64,000 nt of DNA from Eledone cirrhosa (GCA_964016885.1 OZ024741.1:293198001-293262000), one strand, 5' to 3'; positions 1 to 13,195 are shown, counted from the stretch's first letter. Notes: generated by a model from the letters alone, not told the origin. Program-made: numbers and translations.

Positions 1-812
1 TTTTCAAGAATTCAACTGAACTCAAATTTTTAAAAATTTCATTCTTCTTTTTATTCCTCTTTTCTTGCTTCCTTTCTTTTTCCTTTTCTATTTCTCCTTC
101 TGTGTTTCTTTCTTTCTTTCTCCTTCTATTTGTAAATCAATGGCAATAAATCTATTTACAAATAAAATCATAATTATTTTCCAATTCCCAGACATGCTAA
201 AAAAAACAAAAGAATAATTTTTTTCCGAAAAGAAAAAAAGACAAAGGAGTATAAAAATGGTTTAGATTTAAGTTAATATGTCAATTAATTTGAAACATTA
301 AAACATAAATTAGCTGTTAGGAATTTTAATGTAAATGATAGATGTTAGTACTAGTGTCATAACTCTGTAAAGTGGTAGTGTTGCTACCATGATAAACTGT
401 TTCCATTACACTCTGTAAAATGTTTGGCATTAAGAATGGCATTTCGCCATATGAGCATGATGTGGTTTGCCTGAATCTTCAAGTCTCAACCATGTCCAAC
501 CCATGCTAGGGTGGAAGCAGATGTAAAGTGATGATGTAACAAAACGTATTATATGCACCCATTTTTGATAGTAAAGAGAAACAATGTCCCATGGGTTAAA
601 TACTGTCTCTTGAAGTTTACACACACATCCTATATATGATATAGGGCAGTGTATCTTAACTATTTCATAAATGTATTTCTAATAAAATACACACTCTTTT
701 AATTAATTAATGACAAATGTTTTAGTGATTTACTGAATGTATTTATTATTTTATTTCTAAAGTAGTAACTTCACATATGTTTCTCATATAAAATTATGTT
801 GGAACATTTAGT

Positions 813-1007
813 TTTAACCCTTTACTATTATATTTTTATAGTAAAGACTTCACCTCACATAATCTCCAATCTATGAGATTTTGATATTATTTATTTTGAG
901 AACAATACCTTAACAGCAGTATGAGCAGCTGTTTACAGCCAGTTTGAACAGAAAGAGATGAAAGAATTCTGGCTGGATATGGCTGGTTTAAATGCTAAAG
1001 TGTTAAA
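813..1007. mobile_element. Possible piggyBac-like MITE (TTAA-CCC type ends), degenerate
   Basis: Begins ttaaccctttacta and ends tgctaaagtgttaa, an imperfect inverted pair with TTAA at both ends. Related termini occur at about 48110-48128, 48367 and 51437. Confidence 0.35.
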
Positions 1008-1279
1008 TAGGAATCAATTAAAATTGAAGGGCTTGTTTCATAGAACTCGAACCAGTTTTGGGAAGGCTGGCATAAAATGGGTTAGACTGGGTGCTTCGAG
1101 GCATTGTGATGTCAGAAAGGTCATAAATTGTCAAAAAGATTCTATAAGCTGTGCTAGTTATTTAAAGGAGCGGTGATTTTTTAAAAAATGACAATATTTA
1201 AATTAGGTATAATACTTATGTTTTAAACATACTTTCAAAAATAAGCTTTGATAGGAATAAGTTTGATATGGTATGGTGT

Positions 1280-1565
1280 GTAACACCTGCTGTATTGATA
1301 TACATACATTGGGCATTTAAGCCTGGTGGAGCCCATCTCCTATACAGGTCTGAGTACAGCAGATTTCTTCCAGAAAAGAATAGAAAGTGAGAAAGAGATA
1401 TAGAGGAAGAATGGACTCCAGTCCTTGACTGGTACTTTTTTTATCAACCTCAAAAGGAGGAAAGTCAAAGTTGACCTCGGCAGGAGTTGAAGTCAGAGAA
1501 CAGAGAGCTGGAACAAATACCACAAAGCATTCTGATAGTCTCGTGATTCTGCTAAATTGCCACCT
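1280..1565 (-). mobile_element. tRNA-derived SINE with extended 3' region
   Basis: Reverse complement matches the SINE at 9160 (box B-like gacttcaactcc, aactttgactttcctcc..gaggttgataaa). It shares the 3' extension tcctctatatctctttctcac...ctggaagaaat...aaatgccc with the copies at 8103 and 25497. Confidence 0.65.
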
Positions 1566-1649
1566 TTGATTGGATTAGAACCTATGTAAAACATATCTAC
1601 AAAGAAACACATACAGGATGGTGTAGTAGAAGAGAATATAGAGAATAAA

Positions 1650-2400
1650 CCATTGTGTAAAATTAACATCTGTTTAATTGAAATAATCTGATGTCTGTTT
1701 TTTTATTTTTGCTAAACATAGTGAAAGAGGATGGTTGTAAATTGCCGTTTGATGAAAGGGGACACTGGGCTACAAAAAATTGGGAACTTCTGACGTAGTG
1801 TGTTGAATGTCTCCTTGGAACTTCTCCCTGGGACTGACATTGTAGCCTGGCAGATTACTGATTCTGCTTGGCATAAATTGTGACAAGAGCATAACTCTTT
1901 ATCATTTTGGCAGGTGCAGTTATCTTCACTGTTACCAGGGTTCATAGAATTACTTTAGCTGACTGCCTATAGAATTGGGGTCCAGGTTTTGGGGGACATA
2001 ATAAATAATTTTGGATGATATTCCCTAAAATTAGTCATAAGGCAGTAACAAACTTTTAGGATTTGTTGATTAAATATTTTGGAAGATGTTTGTCCCATGA
2101 GGAAATATTTACTGTTTAGAATTAGGGAGCTCTTGGTAATATTCTATTTGACACACACATGTTAGTGTATGTGCACATGTAAGTATGCATGATTTTACAA
2201 CCTGGCCAATATGCACGTTTTGATATTCATAAGGTAAAGCACATATATTGCGTGGCTGAATGAAAAATATTTTCTCATTGCAAGAAAATTCCCCGGATGA
2301 TGAGTGTCATCCCTTCCTGATAGCAATTGCCATGATAAGTTAAAATAATTGATTTTGGTCTAAGGGTTTGAAACTACAGTAAGGGAATTTTGATGTGAGT
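1650..2400 (-). pseudogene. Degenerate Penelope-like element remnant (RT linker and Cys-rich start of GIY-YIG region)
   Basis: ORF 1712-1945 CTCQNDKELCSCHNLCQAESVICQAT resembles the CxC..C..C..SVIYQAT motif of Penelope endonucleases. Upstream frames give KYFP..IFN..ILKVCY, like KHFP..KIFN..KVSY. Confidence 0.5.
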
Positions 2401-2669
2401 ATTAGTTTATTCTACTCTGGATATATTTGGCTAATATCGCCCATTTATGAATATATACATCTAACCCATGCAAGCTTGGAAAAATGGATGTTAAATGGCG
2501 ATGATATATATATATATATATATGTATCATTATCTCACCCTTGCAAGCAGGGAAAAGCGGCCCTTCCAAACACCAACCCCATTTACAGTGTGCGCTGGGT
2601 GCTTTTTTTTTTTTTTCCGTGGCACCTCCATGACCACTTTGCAGTGGAATGATATATATATATATCTAT

Positions 2670-3330
2670 CTAGGGCGGATAAAATTCCCAAGATCCATGG
2701 ACGAGTTATCTCCAGCGGTCTCTGTCCCTTATTATCGTTGCCATGTCCTGCATCTCCAACAGACCAGTGTCTGACCTTAGGGCATCAACATATATTAACC
2801 TTGGTCTTCCTCTTCCAGTGTGTCATGCAGGGGCTCCCACAGGAACACTGAGTGCAGTGTCAACTCTGGATGTCGGTGAGCATGTCCAGCCAACCTCAGT
2901 CTCCTCTGTGTCACTTTCCAGCTGACTTTTGGGAGGCTGCCATACAGCTCTGAGTTTTTCCTCCTCAGTGTATACTGATTAATGTTCAGAGCCATCCTCA
3001 GCATTCTCGGGTAGCACCCATCCACCATCTGGGTGAGTTTCTTGGTCAATGTCCAAGTATCAGACCCGTACAGGAGCACAGACTCCACTACAGCAATGAA
3101 GAGGCGGATCTTCAGGTATTCACGGAGGTCCAACTTCCACAACAATCTCAAACTGTGGCATGGCACCCAGGCTTTGCTCTTCCTCTCAACCACATCATCT
3201 TCCGTATACGGTAATTCCTCAACTAATTCCAGCGGCTTCCCGCCTGTATTAGTAATCCCCTCTGGCTTCTCAACATTCTCTACCAGACATTTGATGCAGG
3301 AAGTTGAGACTGTTTCGATGAGTGTGGGGC
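2670..3330 (-). mobile_element. RTE-like LINE 3' fragment (RT C-terminal part), family distinct from the main RTE
   Basis: ORF 2795-3193 [24 protein letters not shown]...RMLRMALNI...RRLRLAGH is typical RTE-type RT C-terminal sequence. Confidence 0.75.
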
Positions 3331-3347
3331 TGAGAATGAATGGGACA

Positions 3348-4036
<689 letters not shown>

Positions 4037-4690
4037 ATCATCATCATCATCATCAACGTTTAACGTCCGTGTTCCACGCTTGCATGGGTTTGGACGGGGG
4101 TAGTCCCACTTGAGGCAAGAGTGATTGTCTTGCTCGCATAGGACTGTCTGGCAGGTTTTCTACAGTTGGATGCCCTTCCTAACACCAACCACATTTACAG
4201 TGTGGGTCTGGGAGGTTTTTACCGTGTTGCCTACACGGCCACATTACAGCGTGGACTGTGTGTTTTTTTGTCGTGACACCTACACGATCTCATTTGTTTC
4301 GGCCTCGATGGCGCGGCACCAACATAACTTTACATAGAACGGGGTGGTGTGGATGGGGTGGGGGTGGTGGTGGTGGGACGGGGTGTATTTTGTTAGAGAT
4401 GCCTACTGGCTGGAGTAGGTTTTACTATATATTTAGGTAAGGCGAGTCTTCTCTGTTACTGAGTACCGCCAAAGGTCTCGGTCCAGTGACATTGTCTTGG
4501 AGAGGTGTAAGTGTGTGATGTCGGAGTTTATCAGCTCGTCCCAGGTTTTTCTAGGTCTGCCTATTCCGTGACTACCGTCTATCTTTATTGCCCTGCACTT
4601 TGTTATACAGCTATCGACTTTCATGTGCATCACGTGTCCATACCAACGTAGCCTTCTCTCGAGTAAACAACATCTGATCCCTCTTATCTT
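4037..4690 (-). mobile_element. RTE LINE, 5'-truncated 3' end with (GAT)n tail
   Basis: Encodes IRGIRCCLLERRLRWYGHV...GRPRKTW. Its 3' UTR is nearly identical to the copies at 44329 and 54463, and it is flanked by (TA)n. Confidence 0.9.
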
Positions 4691-4722
4691 GTATATATAT
4701 ATGTATATGTATATATATATAT

Positions 4723-4939
4723 CGACCACTATCTGTGCAATGGAATGAGCTAGTATTTTGTGGGCACTTGCTGCTACTTATTGCACCAGAGCACCAGCCA
4801 CATATAAAATCTATATTCTTAATTAGCTTACCTGTGGTCCCACTACATCTTTTATGCACCCATACTTTGCATTTGGGACATAAAATGGAGTTTCTGCCTA
4901 CTCATTTCCTACATATATATATATATATGTATGCATATG

Positions 4940-4987
<48 letters not shown>

Positions 4988-5435
4988 CATATGTATATGT
5001 ATATATATATATAAGACTAAAGTTCTAGTTTGTAGGAAGGAAAATAGGGCACCGGTCCCCTCTAGGAAATGGCTATGCTCAGTGTGTAGGAAATGAGTAG
5101 GAAGAAACTCCATTTTATGTCCCAAATGCAAAGTATGGGTGCATAAAAGATGTAGTGGGACCACAGGTAAGCTAACTAAGAATATAGATTTTATATGTGG
5201 CCAGTGCTCAGGTGCAATAAGTAGCAGCAAGTGCCCACAGAATACTAGCTCATTCCATTGCACAGATAGTGGTTGTGGAGGTGCCACGGAAAAAAAAAAG
5301 CACCCAGCACTCACTGTAAATGAGGTTGGTGTTTGGAAGGGCATCCAGCTGTAGAAATCAAGCCAGAATCAGTTCCCGTCCCACCCTCGCAAGCAGGGAG
5401 AAGCAGACGTAAAATGATGATGATGATGATGATGA
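4723..5435. mobile_element. RTE fragment fused to a SINE tail (5013-5435, +) with an inverted partial copy (4723-4912)
   Basis: 5013-5265 encodes the RTE zinc-finger region (WVHKRCSG...ICGQC) and then switches to SINE tail sequence. 4723-4912 is the reverse complement of about 5087-5274. Confidence 0.8.
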
Positions 5436-5447
5436 TGTATATATATA

Positions 5448-5522
<75 letters not shown>

Positions 5523-5524
<2 letters not shown>

Positions 5525-6170
5525 CATCATCATCATCATCATCCTCGTTTAACGTCCATATTCCACGCTTGCATGAGTTTGGACGGGAGTTTTCCCACTT
5601 GAGGCAAGAGTGGTTGTCTTGCTCGCATAGGACTGTCTGGCGGGTTTTCTATGGCTGTATGCCCCTCCTAACACCAACCACATTTACAGTGTGGAACTGG
5701 GAGGTTTTTACCATGTTACCTACACGGCCACATTACAGCGTGGACTGTGTGTTTTTTTTGTCGTGACACCTACACGACCTCATTTGTTTCGGCCTGGATG
5801 TTGTGGTACCAACATAACTTTACATTGAAAGGGGCGGTGTGGATGGGGTGGGGGCAGTGGGACAGGGGTGTATTTTGTTAGAGGTGCCTACTGACTGTAG
5901 TAGGTTTTACTTTGTATTTAGATAAGGCGGGTCTTCTCTATTACTGAGTACCGCCAAAGATCTCGGTCCAGTGACATTGTCTTGGAGAGGTGTAAGTGTG
6001 TGAGGTCGGAATTTATCAAGTCGTCCCAGGTTTTTCTGGATGTGGCTACTCCGTGGCTACCGTCTATTTTTATTCCCCTGCACTTTGTTATACAGCTGTC
6101 GTCTTTCATGCGCATCACGTGACCATACCAACGTAGCCTTCTCTCGAGTAAACAACATCTGATCCCTCAT
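5523..6170 (-). mobile_element. RTE LINE 3' fragment with (GAT)n tail
   Basis: ORF 5918-6118 matches the RTE C-terminus. The 3' UTR is homologous to 4037-4430. Confidence 0.88.
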
Positions 6171-6219
6171 AAAAAATATATATATATATGTGTATGTAAA
6201 AACATATGTATTCATATGC

Positions 6220-6261
<42 letters not shown>

Positions 6262-6499
6262 ATTCTTTGTGTGTGAATGTGCAGATAAATATATAAATAT
6301 CGCCATTCCTTCATACATAGACAGATACATCAATATACATATTCAACTTTCAATTTATGTTTTATGATGGATATATTTGATGTAATGTCAGCAAAACAAT
6401 TTGTGGAATTCACCATTCTTTTCTCCTCTCATTTTCCATTCAATTCAAACACTATTTTCTTTAATTTATACATTATTTACATATATATATACATTTTTT

Positions 6500-6546
6500 T
6501 AATATATAAATGTTATGTGTATATATATATATATATATACATTATA

Positions 6547-6643
<97 letters not shown>

Positions 6644-6732
6644 ATATATATATATAATCATCGTCATCATCATTTTACGTCCACTTTTCCCTGCTTGCAA
6701 GGGTGGGACGTATATATAATATATATATATAC

Positions 6733-6775
<43 letters not shown>

Positions 6776-6870
6776 TATATATATATATATACATTATATA
6801 TACATTATATATATATACATTATATATATATATACATTATATATATATATACATTATATATATATATTGC
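6500..6870. repeat. (TA)n-rich tract containing a short SINE 3' tail (6657-6710)
   Basis: TA/TACAT repeats. The internal catcattttacgtccacttttccctgcttgcaagggtgggacg matches the SINE tail at 60525. Confidence 0.85.
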
Positions 6871-7272
6871 TGTAATGTCTCTTGTCTATTGCCCACTCCC
6901 AACATCCATTAACAACAATAACATCATCATCATCTTTTGTTGACATCAGTCTACCTTTTCCTCTCTTTTATCATATTCTAACACATAATTTCTATACCTA
7001 TATTTCAATATAAATCTCCTTTTCTCCTTACTTGACAGTGTTACTCTTTCCTTACTTTCTTTCATGCCCCCACCCCACATCATTCTTCACTCTCTTCCTC
7101 TTTTCTTTCCTGCTTTTTTTTCCTTCTTCTTTTCTATTATTCATTCTGTCTGGATTCCTGAACTTTTCAATCTGTTTTCACTATCTTTAGCTGAATTTTG
7201 TCCCCCACCCAACACCATCTATTTCTGCTCCCACACACTCTTATTCTAATGTATCTTGTATATTCATGTATG

Positions 7273-7328
<56 letters not shown>

Positions 7329-8102
7329 CATATACACACACATAATTATATATATTCACATATATATATACACTCACCCATCTTTTCCTTGTATTAATGA
7401 ATATATTTATGTCTGTATGTGTACATGAGTACACATGAGTTTGTGTATATTATGCATTCATATTTATAAACATGACCATATTATTTTTTGCTGCTATTTC
7501 TATCAGTTCAAATGACTACTTAGGCACATACTTCTAGATTAGCTTCTGTTTCTTGGTAGGGTTCTGGTCTTGACTCAAATATAAGATAATCAGGCTGACC
7601 TATGATCTAAGGTATTCATAGAATGACTGTCCCATCATTTTAGAGCTATATAGGAGAACTACATTGTCCAATGTTTTTCCCTTACTTAATACAACCAATG
7701 AGTGATTTGAGATAATTTGACTGTTAGTTCTAGTGTGTTGAATGACCACATAGAGGTTATTATTTTGGTTTGGCAACTTGGTTGCTTTTATTGCTTGTAG
7801 ACATTGACTGTATGTGCTTCCTTGTCAGTAAATATACAACACAAGTGTTTAATGGCTATTTTTTCTTTACTAAACAGGGATTAGATTTGTAGATCAAATG
7901 ACAGGCTTCATACTCATCATAATCTCCCTTTTCAGGCAGTGTTCTATGACTGGATGCACTTCCTGGCACCAACCCTTGTATGACATGCACTGATACAGTG
8001 TGGCTCTTCTAAACCCGACACACACAGCATCCTGTTAGACAAAATTTGTGGTTCAGTTAAAGGCTATTTTTTCCATAATTTCACAGTCACATTAATACAG
8101 TT

Positions 8103-8420
8103 TAGGCAGCGAATTGGCAGAATCATTAGGACGATGGATAGAATGCTTAGCAGTATTCATTTCAGCTCTCTGCTCTTTGAGTTCAAATCCTGCCAAGGTC
8201 AACTCTCAACCATTTGAGGTCAATAAAAAAGTAGCAGTCATTTACTAGGGTCGATGTTTCCTCTATATCTCTTTCTCACTTCCTTTCTCTCACTTTTATC
8301 CTTCTCTGGAAGAAATGTGTTGTATTCAGACCTGGAAAGAAGATTGGTTTTGCCAGATTTAAAAATGCCCTACAAACACCATATTTCAATACAGCACCCC
8401 CAGGAGTTATGGGACCATGT
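8103..8420 (+). mobile_element. tRNA-derived SINE with extended 3' region
   Basis: Head ggcagcgaattggcagaatc, box B gagttcaaatcc, gaggtcaataaa motif, and the 3' extension shared with 1280 and 25497. Confidence 0.7.
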
Positions 8421-8719
8421 ATGTAATGTAAAATTAATACAGTTTAACCCCTGGTCATTTCTGATTAAGACATAGTGTATCTTGCACTACATTTTCTTAT
8501 TACTTAACTTATTCTGGTGGAAAAAGTAGTACTCATGATCCTTTTAAGGCTCTTTGAGATTGGTAGTAGGGTGATGGGAAAGTTATACTTGAACTAAAAA
8601 CCTGATTTGAATTCTTTGAATAAAGTGGACTTTGCTAAGCCATCCAAAAGCCATTCTAGGTCTCATTAGCATTAAGCAACTGTGATTATCTGACTCCAAC
8701 CTGTTTTGGGACAGGACAA

Positions 8720-8860
8720 TAGTCCAGCTGCTGCTACTATTTTCAGCTGAATGAACTAGAACAACACAGAATGAAATGTTTTACTAAATGACACAATATT
8801 CAGAGAATCAAACCCACGATCTTATGGCTGAATGGTCTTGCACACTCACCACTAGGCCAT
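8720..8860 (-). mobile_element. Degenerate tRNA-derived SINE (second family)
   Basis: Reverse complement begins tggcctagtggtgag...cgtgggtttgattc and resembles the head and body of the copies at 20488 and 52205. Confidence 0.5.
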
Positions 8861-9159
8861 TCACCTTTGCATTGGTAAGATACACTCAGGAGAGCTGGAC
8901 AGCAGAAGGTCTTCAAAGAAGAAACCCCACACCCTCAAGCAAGTGTTTCAGCCCTTAACTTCACATTATATATATATAATTATGGACTAGATGCTATATT
9001 GTTTCTGCAACCTGCTTTCATAGTCAACAATTCAAGACCAGAAATTCAACAACAAACCACATAACATAAATCAAACCAAATAAGCAAATCTCTTACACAG
9101 CAGACAAGCAATTATTTTGGTACAAAACATTTTATTTCTTTCTATTATTACACATAATA

Positions 9160-9380
9160 AGGTGGATTAGCAGTATCGGTAGAGGGTCGGACGCCATGCT
9201 TTGCAGCATAGAGTTACGGCTCTTTATGATCTGAGCTCAAATCCCGCTGAGGTTAACTTTGCCTTTCATTCTTATGGGGTCGATAAAATAAAGTATCAGT
9301 CATGCACTGGGATCGATTTAATCGGCTTTCCCCTCCCCCAAATTACTGGCCTTGTGCCGAAATAAGAAACCATTATTACT
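9160..9380 (+). mobile_element. tRNA-derived SINE, well preserved, MetaSINE-like central domain
   Basis: Box A-like tagcagtatcgg, box B-like gctcaaatcc, central aactttgcctttcattc..ggggtcgataaa, and an (att) tail. Copies at 13014, 43353, 61325 and 62457. The MetaSINE label is from recall. Confidence 0.8.
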
Positions 9381-10184
9381 CATAATTCTCTTTGTTTACT
9401 TTTTAGTATTGGTGTTGTTTTTATTATTACTTTTATTATGTTTTTTAGCAGTGGTATTATTATTTTAATTATTTTATTTACTTTTTGTGTTGTTTTTATT
9501 GTTGTTGTTGTTGTTAAGAGTTGTGGATGATGGAAGAGAGAAATTTGTAAATCCCATTTGTTGCTAAATAAATCAAATAAGATAATTTAATATAGAATTT
9601 CTGAAAATTTCTACTTTCATTCAGTGTGTCTGAATGATGTAGAAATTCATTAACTAAATGAGTTTTCACTGTGGCATTTTTTGTTTGTTACATTATATAT
9701 ATATATATATATATTTATATGTATGTGTATATATGTGTGTGTGTGTGTGTACTCACATACACATATGTATGTATGCATGTGTATGTGTGTGTGTATGTAT
9801 ATATGTATATATATTTACACACTATCCAGTTAATGAGCAGTGTTTGGTAACATGGTATTTTAAAATAGTCACTTATTGTTTCCACAAATAAGTAGCTTAC
9901 TGTGTTACTGTGCCTTTTTGTTGTTTTACTATGTCTAGTCTTTTATTTCTTTCCTAAATGTTTTTCTTCTGTAAAGCATGTTCTTGTTCTTATGTTCTTT
10001 ATTGTTCTAGCATATAGTATATATGGTACACATATCGACACATGCATACATATAGACACATACACTCACACAATATGTTTCCTAGCCTAAGTATACATAT
10101 ATATACGTTTGTATGTATCTATATATATATATATGAGAATAAACGTGCTGCGTGGTTGCAAATGGGTTACATATGAATAAAGTG

Positions 10185-10285
10185 GTCCTCATCAGTGATC
10201 TTCCAACCATCACAGGTATTTCTTCGCTTTAAAGACCATATACCTCCGGTTGGTGCGAGCAACGGCTAAAAAAAGTCATTGGGAC
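10185..10285 (-). ncRNA. Candidate non-circularly permuted hammerhead ribozyme (copy A1)
   Basis: Reverse complement of the motif at 10663-10764, with intact CTGATGA and GAAA. Confidence 0.6.
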
Positions 10286-10662
10286 ACGTAAATAAAGGGG
10301 ACAGCGAGAGTGTAAAGAAACAAAGATGGTGAAGCAACGAAAAATGAGGAAGAACGAGTCAAGTCCCAAATTTCCATGAGTATAAGTTCGGTGAAATCAT
10401 TGACGAGAGAGAATAAAGACCATCAAATCTGGTTGGAATGTGAGCAAGGAAGGAATTCCGTACAGGTCTAACGGGAGGAAGAAGGAATCTAGTCTGTGAA
10501 TTCGGTGAACATAAATTCTGTGAAATCGTAGACGAGAGAGAGAAAAAAGGCGAACCAGCCTAACCAAGCGTGCGAAAGAAAAGAATTACGCACAGGTTAA
10601 ACGGGAAGAAGGAGTTCACCATCTTTGTTTCTTTACACTCTCGCTGTCCCCTTTATTTACGT

Positions 10663-10764
10663 GTCCCAACGACTTTTTTTTAGCCGTTGCTCGCACCAAC
10701 CGGAGGTATATGGTCTTTAAAGCGAAGAAATACCTGTGATGGTTGGAAGATCACTGATGAGGAC
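10663..10764 (+). ncRNA. Candidate non-circularly permuted hammerhead ribozyme (copy A2)
   Basis: AGGTAT(10704-09)-A-TGGTCTT(10711-17), then GAA-ATACCT(10727-35), then AAGATCA(10747-53)-CTGATGA(10754-60). Stem III is 6 bp and stem I is 7 bp. Extra helices are CCAACC/GGTTGG and GTCC/GGAC. Confidence 0.65.
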
Positions 10765-11295
10765 CACTTTATTCATATGTAACCCATTTGCAACCACGCA
10801 GCTCGTTTATTCTCATATTTACACATATTTTTTCCCCCGCTGTGACCGGTCTATTTCCTTCTTACTGTTTCCTCTGTCTCTGTATCTTTACCCTCTCTAA
10901 CAGTCACTCTCTCTGTTAGCCTCTTCCTCACCCTTCACTCACTCTCTGTTACTACTTCTCCTCCTCCTCCTTCTTCCCGTTTGACCTGTGCGTAATTCTT
11001 TTCCTTCGCACGCTTGGTCAGGCTGGTTCGCCTTTTTTCTCTCTCTCGTCTACGATTTCACAGAACTTATGTTCACCGAATTCACAGACTAGATTCCTTT
11101 TTCCTCCCGTTAGACCTGTACGGAATTCCTTCCTCGCTCACATTCCAACCAGGTTTGATGGTCTTTATTCTCTCTCATTCACGATTTCACCGAACTTATA
11201 TTCATGGAAATTTGGAACTTGACTCGTTCTTCCTCACCTTTCGTTGCTTCACCATCTTTGTTTCTTTACACTCTCGCTGTCCCCTTTATTTACGT

Positions 11296-11396
11296 GTCCC
11301 AACGACTTTTTTTAGCCGTTGCTCGCACCAACCGGAGGTATATGGTCTTTAAAGTGAATAAATACCTGTGATGGTTGGAAGATCACTGATGAGGAC
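11296..11396 (+). ncRNA. Permuted hammerhead candidate, copy A3 (GAAA mutated to TAAA)
   Basis: Tandem copy of 10663-10764 with a core substitution at 11359. Confidence 0.5.
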
Positions 11397-11403
11397 CACT
11401 TTA

Positions 11404-12032
<629 letters not shown>

Positions 12033-12443
12033 TGATTTATATACTTCCATTATATCTTTTCTTTTTCTTTCCACACTTACCTAATTCAATACACTTTCTA
12101 TACTACTATACTTGATACATTAATAAATATTACCATCTTTATATTACATTCCACCACATAATACAATACTTCACCTAAACTATATGAACACGAACACTTG
12201 GTTGATCTCAAAATTAAAATTTACATCTAGAACTTATTTTCCTTTGTTGTATTACGTTTTCCTTTGTAAATATACATTCTTAGCAAAATTTACTTTTAAT
12301 AGTATCTTATAAACTTGTATTAGTACCTGAAGAAAGGTCACAATTTTAATGCCTCTCTTTTTTTTTTTTTTTTTTGAGGTATGGTCAAATTTGGTCCATG
12401 CAGTCTTGAGTAGTGCCTTTGTTCCGGGTATGAATATAAATAA

Positions 12444-12504
<61 letters not shown>

Positions 12505-12511
<7 letters not shown>

Positions 12512-12995
12512 TTAGAAGAGACAAGGTGCTGTGTGGTTACTAAAAACGAGTGTTTAAAAATATAAGGAAAACACAAAGGACAGATCCCCTCTTCAGTTGT
12601 CTACTGTGGGTCTTGGATGTTTCAATGTATCAAAGACTATATGTCTATCCACAGTGCGTCAATAACTGGAAAGTTATTGGGGAAAGAAAAGAAAAGGAGA
12701 TGATGGCAAAGAGAAAGAAAATAAACAAACAGAAGAAAGAAACACAGAAAACATATCAACAGAGAGGGGGAAACACAAGGAGTAGCTCATGAATGTAACA
12801 GTAACCAAAAGGAGAGAGGGGAAGAAGTTAAACCGGTGGGTGGGCGTAAGCCATGGGACCTTATTAACAGCAAGATGGAGAGTGAAAAAAAATATGTCTA
12901 TTCGTGGAGAGAACAGGTGTAAAGAGGGAGAGACAAAGGAAAACAGAAGTAGTAAGAGAGAGAAAAACAAAGAAAGAGGGAGAAAAGGAGGAAGG
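12505..12995 (-). mobile_element. Diverged relative of the 10.1 kb element (subfamily C) carrying a permuted hammerhead candidate at 12585-12683
   Basis: Minus strand has the CCCAATAACT hairpin, GAAA, AGACAA-CTGAAGA and a downstream gtaaccacacagcac motif shared with the 10.1, 36.8 and 59.6 kb elements. Confidence 0.6.
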
Positions 12996-13013
12996 AAATG
13001 AGTTAATAATAAT

Positions 13014-13195
13014 TGTTTCTATTTTTGGCACAAGGCCAGCAATTATCCCAGTGTATTACTGGTACTTTATTTTATCGACCCCATAAGGATGAAAGGCAAA
13101 GTTAACCTCGGGATTTGAACTCAGATCATAAAGGGCTGTAATTCTTTGCTACAAAGCATTGCGTCAGACCCTCTACTGATACTGCCAATCCACCA
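13014..13195 (-). mobile_element. tRNA-derived SINE with 18-bp target site duplication
   Basis: Homologous to 9160-9380. aaatgagttaataataat occurs at both 12996-13013 and 13196-13213. Confidence 0.88.

Larger units (their letters stand above)
10133..11410. mobile_element. Non-coding Penelope-type or retrozyme-like element: inverted unit plus partial tandem with 632-bp period
   Basis: 10133-10612 is inverted relative to 10616-11410. Block 10617-10775 recurs at 11250-11408. It is flanked by (TA)n and has no meaningful ORF. Confidence 0.8.

Noticed and set aside
9160-9260. tRNA genes at SINE heads
   Set aside because: Box A/B-like motifs are present, but there is no cloverleaf and they continue into SINE bodies.
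10181-10290. HDV-like or pistol ribozyme reading of the opposite strand (TTCTTCGC, GGCTAA, GCG-hairpin)
   Set aside because: P3/P1.1 and pistol P2 could not be formed consistently, and these words are not kept in the other subfamilies, whereas the hammerhead core is.
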